Assembly: GCA_030264375.1 (NCBI GenBank)
Contig: JASCQW010000072.1
Coordinates: 46,843,476 to 46,907,475, forward strand
DNA: 64,000 nt
Direction of reading: 5' to 3'
Source: Carcharhinus longimanus
Lineage: Eukaryota
Below, one piece after another: positions 25,125 through 39,440 of the stretch. Made by a program: the position numbers and the translations under genes. Every line of letters begins with the position of its first letter. Position 1 is the stretch's first letter. Below the pieces are notes generated by a model. That model searched no databases and had not been told where the DNA came from. It saw nothing but the letters and a program-made list of their open reading frames with translations.

Positions 25125-25325
25125 TGCTCCAGTTTCCTCCCACAGTCCAAAGATGTGCGGGTTAGGTGGATGGGCTATGCCAATTCCCCCTTAGTCTGAG
25201 AGGGATTATTGGGGTAAATACGTGGTGTTGCGGGGATAAAAGAGAGACTGGGTGGATTGTTATCAGTGCAGACTCGATGGGCCGAATGACCTCCTTCTGC
25301 ACTGTAGGGATTCTATGATTCTATA
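25125..25325 (+). mobile_element. HE1 SINE 3' half
   Basis: CCAAAGATGTGCGGGTTAGG...GGGATTCTATGA. Confidence 0.85.
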
Positions 25326-26269
25326 ACTATAATTAAAGATTTCTACATATATTTTAAAAATCAAACTTTTTTACCTCGACTTAAATTTGGATTTCAACGT
25401 CTGAGAAATCCATGATAAGGGAAGACTAAATCAGAAAGGTGTGCTTAATATTTTAAAATCATTTCCAAGTAACAATATTAACTATAAATAGCCATGAAAA
25501 CTGACAAAACTTAAAAGTATTACAGAAAATACAAAATGCTGGAAATCTGGGAGTGGATTGAGTATGCAAGGATTCTTTGTTCTCATTTGGCCATTGAAGC
25601 TGATTGAGTCAATCACAAAATATAAAAAGGATTTAAGGAGAAAAATATTAAAAGATACAATGTACCAGCTAGGAAATGGAGTGAGGGGTACATACCTTTG
25701 GGAGGAGAGACAGTACAGACACAATAGCCAACGAACCTTTCTGTACTGAAGCTTCTTTATGGTTCAAAGAAAATTATTGAAAGGTAATTAGGTGGCAAAA
25801 TTGTGTTGCTGAGTAAATGGAAATTCAAGTTATATGAATAAGGCAGCACAGACTGCACTGACCAGATAAGTGAGAAATACCTGAGGTTCAGTTGTTAAAT
25901 GAAGAGCAGAGTGAGTGGCNNNNNNNNNNNNNNNNNNNNNNNNNNNNNNNNNNNNNNNNNNNNNNNNNNNNNNNNNNNNNNNNNNNNNNNNNNNNNNNNN
26001 NNNNNNNNNNNNNNNNNNNAGTGAGTGGCATCATAAATCTAATAATTTCCACACTTCTTTAAGGGTTTAATGTACTAGGAAAAGGGTCCCAAATCATCTT
26101 AGATCACACACTCCATTTAGCTACAAAAATTCAATGAAACAATTTCAACAGGGACATAAAATACACCTTTCCTAAAGTAAGACTGTAGGAAAGTATATCT
26201 GCAGTGTACAAACTTGAAGTAGAATTTAATAAGGTGTTCCCTTCTGTGGAGTGGGATATATTTTGGATT

Positions 26270-26820
26270 GGAAATGCCAATCTATGAATTTGCATGCATG
26301 CTTTTAGTAGATCTGCTATTGCACCCAGCTTTTCACTGTGCTCATCCAATAGTCTTTATCTGTAAACTGCTAATCTGAGTTCAGCACAATCCATATGTGA
26401 CTTCAACTTGTAGCAAGCTGGCACCTGCCCCACCTTTGTCCCCTGACCTGGCTGCGGACCATTCATTCTCAATGTCTCAGCACATACATATTCCACCTCC
26501 ATGCTACCCTGTGAACATCTGAGCTGGTGGCTGTGTGCTATTGAGTGATGCCGTTGTTTCCTAATTGTTGTCTTGCTGTTCTTCCACCACTGCAACGGGA
26601 TGGTGCAAAAAGTTCAATAATTTCACACGAGTGATCGAGATCATCTCCAAATGCCGTAGCCCACACTGGGATGAGGGGAAATGGGATGTGAGGGGGAGGA
26701 TTAGGTGATGGGATACCATCAGTTTTTATAATGGCCAGTCCTTCGTGGGGCACATCCTTTTGTGTCAATCCCCTGCCGGTTACATTCTGTTATCTCCGGT
26801 TTTATGACCCTTTGATCTGC
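26270..26820 (-). pseudogene. Harbinger Myb partner gene exon 2-3 relic
   Basis: TTGCAG acceptor then IKGS*NRR*QNVTGRG (post-Myb 'HNRRE..TGGG' motif); GSMEVEY..NGPQPGQG and RLLDEHSEKLGAIADL, homologous to 39900-40180 and 63200-63450. Confidence 0.65.
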
Positions 26821-28039
26821 AAGACAGGATGAGGCCTGTCAGTGAATGTTGTCCAATGTGCTGGGTAATTGTTGAAGAGCTGGCAGTGTGCAGTTGTGAA
26901 ATGTGGGTGAGAGTCTTGCACCAGAGATAACTGTATAATAATGAAGTGAGGTTATGAACATATGAGTTAGTGATTAATACAGACTGCTGATAGATAAGTG
27001 TAGTGTGTTGCATTGATGACATGATCAGTTTACAATGACTTCCGGAACTGTTGTAGCCACAATACATCCCCATTTTTGGAGGTGCAGGCTGGCTTCAAGT
27101 AGTGCAGGCTGGCTTTAATTGGTGCCAGCCTATGTTTGCCGTAGACTGTGCTGCCATGACCGAAAGGTCTCCATGCAGACTACGCACTAGTTGACCCCTT
27201 TAAGTTGCTACACACTAAAGAAAAGGGCTGCTCATTTAAATAAATCCCTCATGCATGCCAACAGAAATATTAAACTGCATATTGATGCTAGGCTCTGTCC
27301 ATTTTGGCCCTCCTGTTGAGATGTTCAGCCACTCAATTGCGCAATTAGTGCCAGCTACATGCTACAATCATGTTAATTTGCAGGCAGCGCCAAGCTGGCT
27401 TGTTGCCCGCATCAGAAACAAAGGCCACTGATTATTAACACATCACAATCCTGATTTCATTATTAGGAACTAATTTCAATCTTATCACTTAGCCAAAAGA
27501 TTTTGCACTCTGACAGCACAAGCACTTTGCATTTCACTTTATTTCGGGGAAATTAGTTTAAAAGTTCATTGTGAACAGGTTCGGTTTGTGGGCCTTGGTG
27601 TATATTAGGAACCCTGTAGCACCCCCCCAACTCAGACCGTTAAAAATGTGGAGCTCTGCCAGTGTCGCACTGTACTGTAATCTGAGGGCTGGATTTTCAC
27701 TCCCAAATCAGGAGTGCAGACTCAGGGGAATTGTTATCTGGAGTCCAGCCTGCTGACCCCAGAAAGAGTTCAGTGCCAAGGTTGCTGAATGACAAGGTGG
27801 ACTGGCTAAAAGCTCCACCTTGTTACTCAGAGTTTTATCCCAGGTACAATGAAAACAACAAAACAAAAACTGTCCCCATGCCCTATCTATGCCAATTCAT
27901 TGCTCTCCACCCATTCCCCTGTAGGCCCTCATACCCTGCATGCCAACCCATCACCCACCACTCCTCCCCATGGCCCTTTTTAGCCCAATGCCAAATCAAC
28001 GTCAAATCATACCTATCACATATCCACCACCCTCTGCAC

Positions 28040-29266
28040 TTACAATTTTTGACACTGTTATTCCTCCAAATTTCATGGCCTGGAGCCCAGCTTCTCCCTC
28101 TGCAACTGTATCTTCGACTTCCTAACCCACAGACTGCAGTCAGTAAGGATAAGCAACAACACCTTCTCCATGATCATCCTCAACACCGATGATCCGCAAG
28201 GCTGCGCTCTCAGCCCCTTACTATACTCTTTATGCATCTTTGATTGTGTGGCCAATTCCCCTCCAATTTAATTTTCAAGTTTGCTGATGACACCACCATA
28301 GTGGGTCGGATCTAAAACAATGATATGACAGAGCACAGGAAAGAGAAAGAATATCTGGTGAACTGGTGCGATGACAAAAATCTCTCCCTCAATGTCAACT
28401 AAATGAAGGATATAGTCATCGACTTCAGGAAGTGTAGTGGAGAGCATGCCCCTGTCTACATTAATGGGGATGAAGAAGAAATGTTTGAGAGCTTTAAGTT
28501 TTTAGGTGTCCAGATCACCAACAATCTGTCCTGGTCCTTCATTGTGGGTGCTCTAGTTAANNNNNNNNNNNNNNNNNNNNNNNNNNNNNNNNNNNNNNNN
28601 NNNNNNNNNNNNNNNNNNNNNNNNNNNNNNNNNNNNNNNNNNNNNNNNNNNNNNNNNNNNATCACCAACAATCTGTCCTGGTCCGTCATTGTGGGTGCTC
28701 TAGTTAAGAAAGCCCACCAATGCCCCTACTTTTTCAGGAAACTAAGGAAATTTGGTAACTTTCACCAACTTCTACAGATGCACCATAGAAAGCATTCTTT
28801 TTTTTTGTATCACAGCTTGGTATACTGTCCTTTCCAAGACCACAAGAAACTACAAAGGATTGAGAATAAAGACCAGTCCATCACTCAGACCAACCTCCAA
28901 TTCATCGACACTGCTACAGTTTGCATTGCCTCAGAAACGCAGCCAGCATAATTAAGGACCCCGTGCACCTTGGACATTCTCTCTTCCACCTTCTTCCATT
29001 GAAAAAAAGACACAAAAGTCTGAGATCACGTACTAACCGACTCAAGAACAACTTCTTCCCTGCTGCCTTCAGACTTTTGAATGGACCTACCTCACATTAA
29101 GTTGATCTTTCTTGACACCCAGCTATGACTGTAACATTACGTTCTGCACTCTCTCCTTTCCTTCTCTATGAATGGCATGCTTTGTCCGTATAGCATGCCA
29201 GAAACAATACTTTTCACTGTATATGAATACATGTGACAATAATAAATCAAATCAAATCAAATCAAA
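28040..29266 (+). mobile_element. Rex1/Babar LINE 3' ~1.2 kb
   Basis: PQGCALSPLL, KFADDTT, FKFLGVQITNNLSW, FYRCTIESIL; tail TGTGACAATAATA(AATCA)n. Confidence 0.93.
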
Positions 29267-31189
29267 CAACTCCCTGCCACTCATCCAGTATCCACCTTGG
29301 GCAAATGTCAGGAACCATGGTAGGATAAAATAAAATGAAGTTCCATCTATTGCAGACTTCACAATATTAAAAAAAACAGTCATTGATAACATTTAGATCC
29401 CTTTACGTACTTGATCGCTTATTAATAATAAACATAAGCATAAGTGCTTAATCCCTTATGCAACATACAGTTATATTCATAGCCTCAAATCAAAGGTAAT
29501 TAATCTCTGTATAATCCTTCACAGTTGTCAATCAAACAGTGAATTTACAAGTCCCCAGTGTGATAATGGGAGGTTGTGTAAGTAGTCAAGTGGCACTAAT
29601 CTTTATGTCAACAAATAGTAAAATGGCAAGCACCATTTTTTACTCAACAATTTCTTTCAAAAATTTACAAGCTTGGGGATTTAGGTGATTTGACAGCTTG
29701 ATCATTCCACAAAGCTGATCTACTTATTACACACATTCATGTCTACTCTTAACATTCCCGGAGGGATTTTTCTCGAAAGTCTGACCTATCCCAAAGGGGA
29801 CAGTAAGCACACCCTACTGCTCCAAACTGGATACCTTACCTCTGCAAAATGGGATCCTACTTCTCCAATTAACTCCAGCAATTTTAGCACTTTCCCTTAA
29901 ATATCTAAAGCTCAAGAGTCATGTTTTGAAAATCCCAGGAATTAAAATTGTCTCTCTTTCAAGGGATATTCACTTTTACATGTGCAGCTGCCTCTGTGAA
30001 ACTCAATGTGAAAAATACAACCTTCCCCTGTTTTCCCCACTGTCTCTGGTGAGAAAGATTGCTGCCAGGTTTGGGTGTGGCACTCCTAAAATCATGGCTT
30101 CTGTGGCGTTTTGCCTAAGGTGTAGAAATCAGGCTTGAAACTTATTAATAGATCCAAGTGCCATATAAAAAAAACATATGTCAGATTTTAAATTTGAAAG
30201 TGTAGCTTTCCCTTAAATGTCACCATCACTTCAAGGAAGGAAATATGAAGAAGGCTTTCCTCCTGTCAGTGCATAATAGAAATAAATCTATTTATTTACT
30301 TCAGCCTCAAATATTTTCTATAACCAGCTGAGAACATTTCTTACATTGTTATATAATTTTTATATTGTGAAGAAGAGTAAATGTGTGCATTTTTAGTCAT
30401 AATGTACTCAAATCAATAGAATTTAAAATATTTAATTTCAGATATCAGATATTTGTCTGTTTTACAATACTTAAACGTATTTACAAGCAACACTTACAAA
30501 ATAAAACTTAGTGAGATTAGTCAGAGACCCAAATACATTACAGTTCTGAGCTCAGTACACAGGTCGATCAGACCTTAATTGAATTCTAAAGTATATTCTC
30601 CAACATTCACACATCTTTTTCTTACTCCTTCTACATGACAGGCTAGATATTTCTGAATTACATAACCCCATGAATTTTAAAGAGTTCGTCCCTTACTAAT
30701 AGCTTTAACTTTATCAAGTTACTTTTCTCAGTATAAGTCCCTTACATTGCTAAATGATCATGAATCTCACCATTACTCTATTTTACCACATGGAATCAGC
30801 TGCTATAGCTTATGCTTGAATAAATATGTTATCGAAGACGTTTCCAGGTACAGGATTTGTCATCAGCCGATTAAAGTTACCTAAAATATATGTTCTCAGT
30901 TTGCACTAATGTCCTTTAATTCAACACAAAATTGACCATTGCTTTAAGGTCTGTCTAAGCTCAACATTTCAGTGGTTACTGCATCTAAACTGAACCGTAC
31001 TTCTTTACTTAACAGCCAAAAGCTAAAGGATAATGTGAGCAAAAATAAATCAATAGCAGTATAACATTCATAGACTTCTAGACATTCTGATTAATCCTTT
31101 CTAGAAATATAATAAAACCTTTGAGGGTAGAATGAGTTTCCATTGCTTACATTTGACTGTATTCTATACCGCCAGGATGAGAGTATTAT

Positions 31190-32180
31190 TTCCTTCTATC
31201 TCATATCTGTCTTTGGATTATATCAATTCTGGTCACCACACTTCAGGAAGAACGTCACCTTTCAGAGATCCAGAAGATATTTGCTCAAATTATATCATGA
31301 AGTGGTTAAGATAAGATTTGATAGAAAATGGAATGGTAAAGGAATTTAAAAAGTTCTTGATTAAATAGGGAGCAACTGTTACTCATGGCAGCAGAGTCAG
31401 TAACCACAGAACACAGATTTAAGGTGATTGGTAATATAAGTGACATAATGTTTTTTTACACTGACTTAATGTGATCTGAAATGAGTGGAAGGAGCTGGTT
31501 CGATACCAACATTCAAAGAATATTGGTTCAGTACTTGAAAGGAAACTGTTTACAGAGAGATGGGGAAAGAGCAGGGAAGTGGCACTAATTGGCAGAACAA
31601 AAAGCAGCCAAGTTATNNNNNNNNNNATGTTGAACTTTTTGGCCACAACTAGAGTAATGCAACCATTTCTGGTTCTGACACTTTCAGGAAAATGTGAAGG
31701 TTATTGAAAAGAGTGCAGAGGAGATTTGTCACAATGGTTCCAGAGATGACATTTTAGTTACAAGGATAACTTGAAGAAGCTGGGTTTGATCTCTTTGAAG
31801 CAAAAGAGATTGAGGGGAGATTTGATGCAGGTGTTCAGGATTATGACAGATGTAGATAAGGTAGACAAAGAAGATTTGTTCCTATTAGTTGATGGAACAA
31901 GGACTAAGGTACACTGATTCATGGTTCTGAATATAAGAAATTCTGGGGGGATGTGAGGAAGAATTTTTTTTACATGGTGGTAATGACCTAGAGCTCGCTT
32001 CCTATGAGGCTGGCTGAAGTGGGATAATCAATAATTTTGAAAGGAAGTTAGACAGACCTTTGAGCAAAATAAATTTACAAGGCTGTGGAAGTAGAGCAGG
32101 AGAGTGGGACTGATTGAATTGTGCTATAAAGAACCAGGGTGGATGTAATGTGCCTTGTGTGCTGTAATGACTCTATGATT
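31190..32180 (+). mobile_element. Two old CR1 3' fragments in tandem
   Basis: QFWSPHFRK, RVQRRF, LKQKRLRGDL; ACTCTATGATT tail. Confidence 0.75.
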
Positions 32181-32717
32181 CAATGACGATAATTGAACAG
32201 GTCTATTAAAGAACCAGCAGAATCACTATGGGCCAAATGGCCTCTTTCTACACTGCATCATTGCATAAGCAGATATTGAATTTGGCTCTTATTCTGTAGA
32301 CATCCAGTAGAAAAGGTCTGTTATTTGGTATGTATTGCTTGTTTCCTGTAGACAAACTACATGAACAACTGGTACCATTCAAATAGGGAACAGCATTGTG
32401 CTATACCAAATTTAGGGTTATGACATATTGGTAAATGAAGAATACAAAAAGCTTTATGATACATCGGACATATTAACGCAGTGGCCAAATCTTACCAGCC
32501 CTTCCGGCCAGCAGATCTTCTAGAGCTGCTGATTGCTAACTGCCACAGCCCCCCACCGGCCCACCCTGTGGTGCATTCCCCAGCATCAGTGAGTGCGTAG
32601 CATCCTATAGACATTAGCAGGACTGGAAGATCTCATCACCAGTCAATGAAGGAGCACTTCCAACACCAGGGCAGATGGAAAATCCTGTCCCATAGTGACT
32701 GCAGAAGAGGAGGCGCA

Positions 32718-33545
32718 TTATTTTAATTCATTGATGGAATGTGGGTGTTGCTTGCTTATCAGTAGTTGGCCTTGACAAAATGTTGGGGGCTGTACCCACA
32801 GTGATGTTAGGGAGAGAATTATACCCACTCGGCACAGTGACGATGAAGGAATGGTGATATAATTCCAAGGCAGGATGCATGTGATTTGGAGGGCATTTGG
32901 TGGTGGTGGTGTTCTTATGCATTTCTGTTGTTCTCTGTGTGGTAAAGTGGCAGGTTTGTGAGAAGCTGCTGAAGAAGAGGTGCTGAGATTCATTCATAGC
33001 TGGTACATCGGAGAGCCACAGTTCACCGGTGCTGGAAGGAATGATGCTCATTGTGATAGATTGTGCTGTCAAGCAGATTGCTTTGTCTTGGGTGGTTTTG
33101 GACGTTTTGAGTGTTGTTAGTGCTGCATTCATCCAGGCAAGGACAGTATGCCATCACACTCCTGACTTTGCCTTTTAGTTAGTACAAAGGCTTTGGGCGG
33201 GGTCAGGGATTGCTGCAAAATACCCAACCTCTGCTGCTCTTGTAGCTACAGTACTTACATGACCGGTCCAATTAAGCTTCTGCTCAATGATACCCTTTAG
33301 GATGTAGATGGTGGGGAAATTCAGTGATGGTAATTCCATTGAATGTCAAGGAGTTAGACATTTTCCTAGTAGAGATGATTGCTGCTTTGGGCTTGTGTAG
33401 TACAAATACTACTTGCTGTTTAGCCTCCCAAGCAAGCATGCTGTCCAGGTCTTGTTGCATGTGGGCATGGACTGCTTCATTATCTGAGGAGTAGCAAATG
33501 GTAATGCAATTATTAGGAAACATCCCCACTGCTCCCCTTATGATA
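32718..33545 (-). mobile_element. Old non-LTR retrotransposon (CR1/L2 group, Daphne-like) 3' fragment
   Basis: MQQDLDSMLAWEAKQQVVF..HK, ILPWNYITIPS; same family at 24460-24595, 42150-42855, 59320-59660. Confidence 0.75.
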
Positions 33546-34174
33546 GTCAAGAAATTATAACTGGTTTATTAGATTAGTTCCAAATAATTGCATTGGATAT
33601 TATTTCCTCCACAATAATCTTTATTAATGCAATATTCAATCGACTGATTTCCTGAACATTTGTTATGATGATGAAACAACCTTTCTTTATTTCAGTGATT
33701 ACGCTTGCCTGCAAGTCATTTTATAAGATCAAAATGTGACTGATAGAATAACTTAGGGCCACTGATGACTCCATTAACTTGTGTTTCTGAAGCGTATAAA
33801 CTAAGCAAAATACCCATGGGTAGGCTTAGAAGACCACATACCAGGAAAGTGAGAGGGATTTGGTTTACTTAGCAGTCGGCTAGTATTCAGTGGACCTGCA
33901 GGCTGAGCTGGCCATTGCTAGCTCCTTGCTCTCGACCACACCATTCTTTTCTGAAGAAATATAAAAAATAAAGATTTTTAAAGATTTTGCCCTCCTTTAT
34001 AATTTACTCAGTGCTTGTAAATTTATAATTTTACAGTGGAACTCAGTGTAAACCATAAATAAATTACAAACTCATCAAACTCTATTCTTTAAATACCTTA
34101 CTGATATTATTCTTTTAAAGGTAAGTTTTAAAAACAAGAGTAGAAAGTGCTGGAAATACTTGCTGCAGGTCAGA

Positions 34175-34460
34175 CAGCATGGCACAGCGGTTAACACGAC
34201 TGGCTTACAGTGCCAGGGACCCAGATTCGATTTCCAGCTTAAGTCAGTAAGTGTGCGGCGTCTGCAGGTTCTCCTCGTGTCTGCATCGTTTTCTTCCCAC
34301 AGTCCGAAAGATATGCTGGTTAGATGCATTGACCATGCTAAATTCTCCCTCAGCGTACGCAAACAGGCACCAGAGTGTGACGACTAGGGGATTTTCACAG
34401 TAACTTCATTGTAGTGTTAATGTAAGTCTACTTGTGACACTAATAAATAAACTTTAAACT
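34175..34460 (+). mobile_element. SINE with Rex1-like tail, nested in a Penelope-like relic
   Basis: Head boxes plus TTTTCACAGTAAC..TACTTGTGACACTAATAAA tail. Confidence 0.85.
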
Positions 34461-34669
34461 TAAAGGATATATGGAGAGGTATACAGAGTTAACATTTCAG
34501 AAAGATTATGTCCTTTCATTTCTTCCAGATTTCCAGCATCTGCAGTACTTTGTTTAATGTTTTAAAAATTTTGTTTTTTATCCTTAGAAAGGATAAAGGA
34601 CAGGTCATAAAAAGAGTAAAGCTGAGAAAGGCCTAGTTTTAGGCCTCATTAAATGGGAATTTGAATATC

Positions 34670-35047
34670 AGGTTGCCAATTAACCACCTCAGAATTGACA
34701 CGTCCCCTGGAATTTAGAAAGAAGGAACACTTGGGCAGACTAGAAGAAACATTATAGGGGGACCAAGATAAATTGCGTGTTTTCCTGTTTAGGCTTTTCT
34801 GTTTCGTATCTGAGAACAATTTTGCCTGTTAGTCACGATGATACTGGAGCTCGGAGATTATGTTTGTTTGGCAGTCAGCAATCATCCAGTCAGCCGACAA
34901 TCAGTTCTGATTGGCTTGAGATGGTGTTGCATTGTGAGGTTGAATGCGTCAGTGACCAATAGACAGAGTATGACTATAGGACATTTGGAGGTGGGAAGTC
35001 ATGTGATGAAACCTCCAGGCCTCTGCCTCTAACCAAAGTTGGCAGCC
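34670..35047. mobile_element. Non-autonomous TIR element with GGTTGCCAA termini
   Basis: AGGTTGCCAA ... TTGGCAGCC inverted ends; similar end near 56500. Confidence 0.55.
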
Positions 35048-35184
35048 AGCCATCTCCCTTAATAAATTGTCACAAGGTCAGATTGTTATTGCTGGTGGTA
35101 AATAATTGAAATCTAGTACGATGAACACTACCACTTGTATTACGAGGATAATTTAACTGCCTGACGTGGTCCCTGACTGCTGAG

Positions 35185-35441
35185 GAGAAATTTCTTCACT
35201 CAGAGGGAGGCCAACCTGTGGAATTCTCTACCACAGAAGGCTGTGGAGGCCAAGTCACTGAAGATATTTAAGAAAGAAATAGTAAAGTTTTCTAGACTCT
35301 AAAGTTGTCAAGGGAAGGGGTGTGGGGAGAAGGCTGGAGTATGGTGCTGAGGTAAAGGATCAGTTATGATCATGTTGAATGACAAAGCAGGCTCGAAGGG
35401 CCGAATGGCCTATTCCTGCTACTATTTTCTACATTTCTATG
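35185..35441 (+). mobile_element. CR1 3' end
   Basis: RRNFFTQR..NLWNSLP; GGCCGAATGGCCTATTCCTGCT tail. Confidence 0.88.
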
Positions 35442-36227
35442 TACTTGCTGTGAAAAATGTGCCTCAGGCGTGCCCAGAGTAGCTGGCAGGCAAGCAATGT
35501 TGGTCTAGAACAAAAACAGAAAATTCTGGAAAATTTCAGCAGGTCTGACAGCATCTGTGGAGGAGAATAGAGTTAATGTTTTGAGTCAGGGTGTTTGTCT
35601 GGAATTTGCTTGTACTGGCATTTCTGCCACAATTCATTTGAAATTGGCAAAACTAACGGCAAACGGTTGGAACACGTGAAGTGCAATTTATTGTCAGTGA
35701 GCGATGGTGGCATGGTTTTACAGTGGTTAACACTACTGCCTCACAGAGCATATTACTGCTTCCTCACAGTGCTAGGAATCCAGGTTTGATTCCCAGCTTG
35801 GGTCACTGTGTGGAGTCTACATGCTCTCCCCTTGTCTGCATGGGTTTCCTTCAGTTATTTTAAAATCAGATTAATCACAACGGTGAACAAGACAGTGATG
35901 AAAACAATTTTTTTTTGTGATTACTCCATTGTTAGCTGCATTATTCAAACTATTACCACCCTTAAACATATCATGGAATATTTCATAAAGCAAGCATCTG
36001 TTTTTAAAAACATTACCCAGTTGCACTGGCTAATGGCAGATTCAACATTTGATGATTTCGTGGGAACACCAGAAAAAAGCTTATGAAACAAATACAATAT
36101 ACAAAAACACCCAGATTGCTGAATGCATACAGTGTAGAATCTCTTCATTAAGTGTAAATTCATTCAAATTCCAGAACTGTTGTTTTGCTTTATATATATA
36201 TATTTATATAATAATTATATTATATTG

Positions 36228-36460
36228 AACGTTGGTCCCTTAGAGGATGAGAAGGGGGACTTAGTGGTAGGGGATGGGGATATGGCTGAGGTCCTGAATA
36301 ACNNNNNNNNNNNNNNNNNNNNNNNNNNNNNNNNNNNNNNNNNNNNNNNNNNNNNNNNNNNNNNNNNNNNNNNNNNNNNNNNNNNNNNNNNNNNNNNNNN
36401 NNCGGGGCAGGCTCGAGGGGCTGGATGGCCTACTCCTGCTCCTATTTCTTATGTTCTTAT
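36228..36460 (+). mobile_element. Young CR1 collapsed into a gap, inside a (TA)-rich tract
   Basis: NVGPLEDEKGDLVVGDGDMAEVLN, gap, then TTCTTATGTTCTTAT tail. Confidence 0.8.
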
Positions 36461-36946
36461 ATAATTTATATACATATATTTATATATATATATATTAGGT
36501 TAGAAATTGGTCAAGATTGTTTTTTGATGGTGTGTTTGCAATATCATACAGACCATTCACAATTTTTTTTTGCTGTCTCCTCATTTAAATGAATGTTTTA
36601 CATGTTTCTAACTGTCTGCCTGCTCATTAGGAGATGGAGCAGCATTCATAGAGAGCAGATGTTAACTGATCCTCTTTAAGATAAAGTCTGTCACCCTTAA
36701 GGGGAAGCTGCAGTGAATAACAAGAGGCTGTTTCTGAATGCTATTGCTGCAATCCACCACTAACTTCTCACAGTGCTCAGTGCTTCATATCCCCATCACT
36801 CTGCAATTTCTAGCAATCAGATGCCTCTTGTCTCATATTCATCTGCTCCCCCTTGCCCTCTCACACAGAGGAAGCCTCATAGTTTGCAGCTTCCAGATAC
36901 TTTCAGTAATTCAGCTACGACAGGCAAATTACCCAGAAAGACACAG

Positions 36947-37152
36947 GGTGGTGGCGGTATTATCATTGGGCTAGTAATCCAGAGAACCAGGGTTCTCTGG
37001 GGACCCGGGTTTGAATCCCATCACACTCCACATGTGACTCCAGCAATGTGGTTGATTCTTAACTGCCCTCTGAAATGGTGTGGCAAGCCACTCAGCTCAA
37101 GGGTAATTAGGGATGGATGATAAATGCTGGCCCAACCAGCAACACTAATGAT
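36947..37152 (+). mobile_element. Third SINE family: tRNA head plus Daphne-like LINE tail
   Basis: CTAGTAATCCAGAG..GGTTTGAATCCC head; AAGGGTAATTAGGGATGG..ATAAATGCTGGCC tail. Confidence 0.7.
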
Positions 37153-37447
37153 TTTTTTTAAAAGCTCTCTGTCACTCTGTCTCTATCAGAATGAGGAAGT
37201 ACATAACAAGAGGTGACAGTAATGATCTAGTGGAGGACAGGCCCAACTGGATGGCGTCACCTTATTGGCATGACCATTGGCACGATGATCAGCAACATTA
37301 AGGCCATCCAGATTGATCGGATGTTCCTGTTTTAGGGATCTTCTCAAATCCCACTTCACCCTTATCTCATAATCTGGTATGAGGTGGAAGTTGTCAGATT
37401 GGGTGACTATGAACATCTTGCTTTTCAGCCATGCCCCTTCACTCACC

Positions 37448-38625
37448 TGTTAGGGCTGGGCTCAGAGGAGCCCCATTACCCCACAGGTCGCAACTTTAAA
37501 GTAAATGTTTAATTCACTCATAAATTTACCTTCATTGCTGTTAGACCCAGGATAAAAGGGACTTTAACCAGGTTTCTTTCAATAGACTCAGAAACAAGTT
37601 GTAAGAACTAGATAACACATAACTGTAATCTGGAAGTAGAACTATCTATCCCTTTTTAAAAAAAACCCACACACTCACATATAGACATGTGAACAGATAA
37701 ATAAGGTCTCTGCAGAGGTGGGCTTTGAAGGGTAGGCTTTATACATTAAAAGATGAAGTTTGTGAGGTTTGGATGCTGTCAATCTAGAATTCGCTCTTGT
37801 GAAGATGGGCTGCTGGTCCTAATAAATATCTGGAAGTTCTCACCAAGGGAGCTTCAGTTTGGAGGAGAATGCAGAGCCGAATAAATTCTTCTTGTCCCAA
37901 CTTTCCCGGTTTCCAAATGGAGACAAGTTACACTCAGATGAGGGTTGTCTGACTGCAGGTAGATAACCACACATGGATTTTCAGACAAGGCAGAGAGAGA
38001 GAGAGAGAGGGCAGCTTTTCTTCTCAGCGTATTCCCCAAAATAATGTAATTTCAAAAATAACCAGGCCAAAATAATTTCTGTCATATAATTTCTGGTGAA
38101 TCACTTGCTTTTCCCAGTTTTCTCCCCATTGTTTAAAATAATCATGGTACAACAAGCACACAGCAGTTCATTCCCTTTCAAGTATAGCACGATGACACAG
38201 TGGTTGGTACTGTTGCCTCGCAGCACGAGGGACCGGGGTTCAATTCCGGCCTTGGGTCACTGTGTGGAGTTTGCACATTCTCCCCGTTTCTGTGTGGGTT
38301 TCCTCCAGGTGCTCCGGTTTCCTCCCACAGTCCAACGATGTGTGGGTTAAGTTGATTGCTATGCTAAGTTGCCCCTTATTATCAGGGGGACTAGCAGAGT
38401 GGATAGGTGGGGTATAGGGCCTGGGTGTGAATGTTGTCGGTGTAGGGTCAATGGGTCGAATGGCCTCCTTTTGTATTGTAGAGATTCTATGATGCTGCTT
38501 AGATGATTCCTTGGAAAAGAGCAGGTGTACTCCAAGTTCAAGGTGAACTTATAACCTTCTTTAAAAAATTCCAAATATCCAGATATCATTGTGTCCCTCT
38601 GTATATGAAAAGAAAATTACAGTTT
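37448..38625. mobile_element. Possible long solo LTR with a nested HE1 SINE
   Basis: Abrupt start TGTTAGGG, LTR-like composition; right end and TSD not found. Confidence 0.35.
38185..38492 (+). mobile_element. HE1-type SINE
   Basis: Complete head, V-domain and tail. Confidence 0.9.
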
Positions 38626-38954
38626 TGAAAGACGGGGAGCAGAATTTTTCAGCCCCCTCCCCCGGTGGATCTTCCCATGGCAGAGGTGACTCAGCATTGG
38701 TCACTCATGAGATCTTCGGATCCCACCACAGTTAATGGCAATTTGCTTGGCTCACTTTCCTACAGCCAGGGAACCCACAGTGGGCGTTGGCTTTAGCAGA
38801 ACCAAAGAATCTGGTTGGTGGAAAGAGCTGGCAAATCCTGTCCGTGAGTTTTATACACCTCAAACATTCCCTATGCATTTTGGACTTCACATAGCCAAGA
38901 ACTGTTTTCTTATCAGCTGGTGATGCCCAGGCTGGCTATTTGTCCAGATTTGAA

Positions 38955-39262
38955 GGTAAAATATATTTATTGGTCACAAGTAGGCTTACATCAACACCAC
39001 AATGAAATTACTGTGAAAATCTCCTATTTGCCACACTCCGGTTTCGGTTGGGGTACACTGAGGGAGAATTTAGCATGGTCAATGCACCTAATCAGCATGT
39101 CTTTTTGGGCTGTGGGAGAAAACCAGAGCACCTGGAAGAAACCCATGCAGACATGGAGGGCACATGCAGACCCTGCACAGACAGTGACCCAAGCCGGAAT
39201 CAAACCCAGATCCTTGGTGCTGTGAGGCAGCAGTGCTAACCACTATCGCACTGTGCCACCCC
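38955..39262 (-). mobile_element. SINE with Rex1-like tail
   Basis: Full copy in reverse. Confidence 0.88.
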
Positions 39263-39440
39263 TTGTACTGCACGGTCCAATTATTAGTTAGTCTGACCAC
39301 TGTTTCATACTGGATAGTTTTATGCCTGTTATTCTGCTCTTAACCCACTTCATGCAGTGAAGTACTGACTGGAGTCTGTGCTCTCTCCTTTCCTGAGCTG
39401 CAGCAGCCTCAAACTGACTGGAACACAGAAAACAGAGATT

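Noticed and set aside
29840-36085. Chain of minus-strand 'exons' read as a pseudogene with C-to-T stops
   Set aside because: Every stop codon starts with T, so that explanation carries no weight, and about one stop per 25-35 codons is the random expectation
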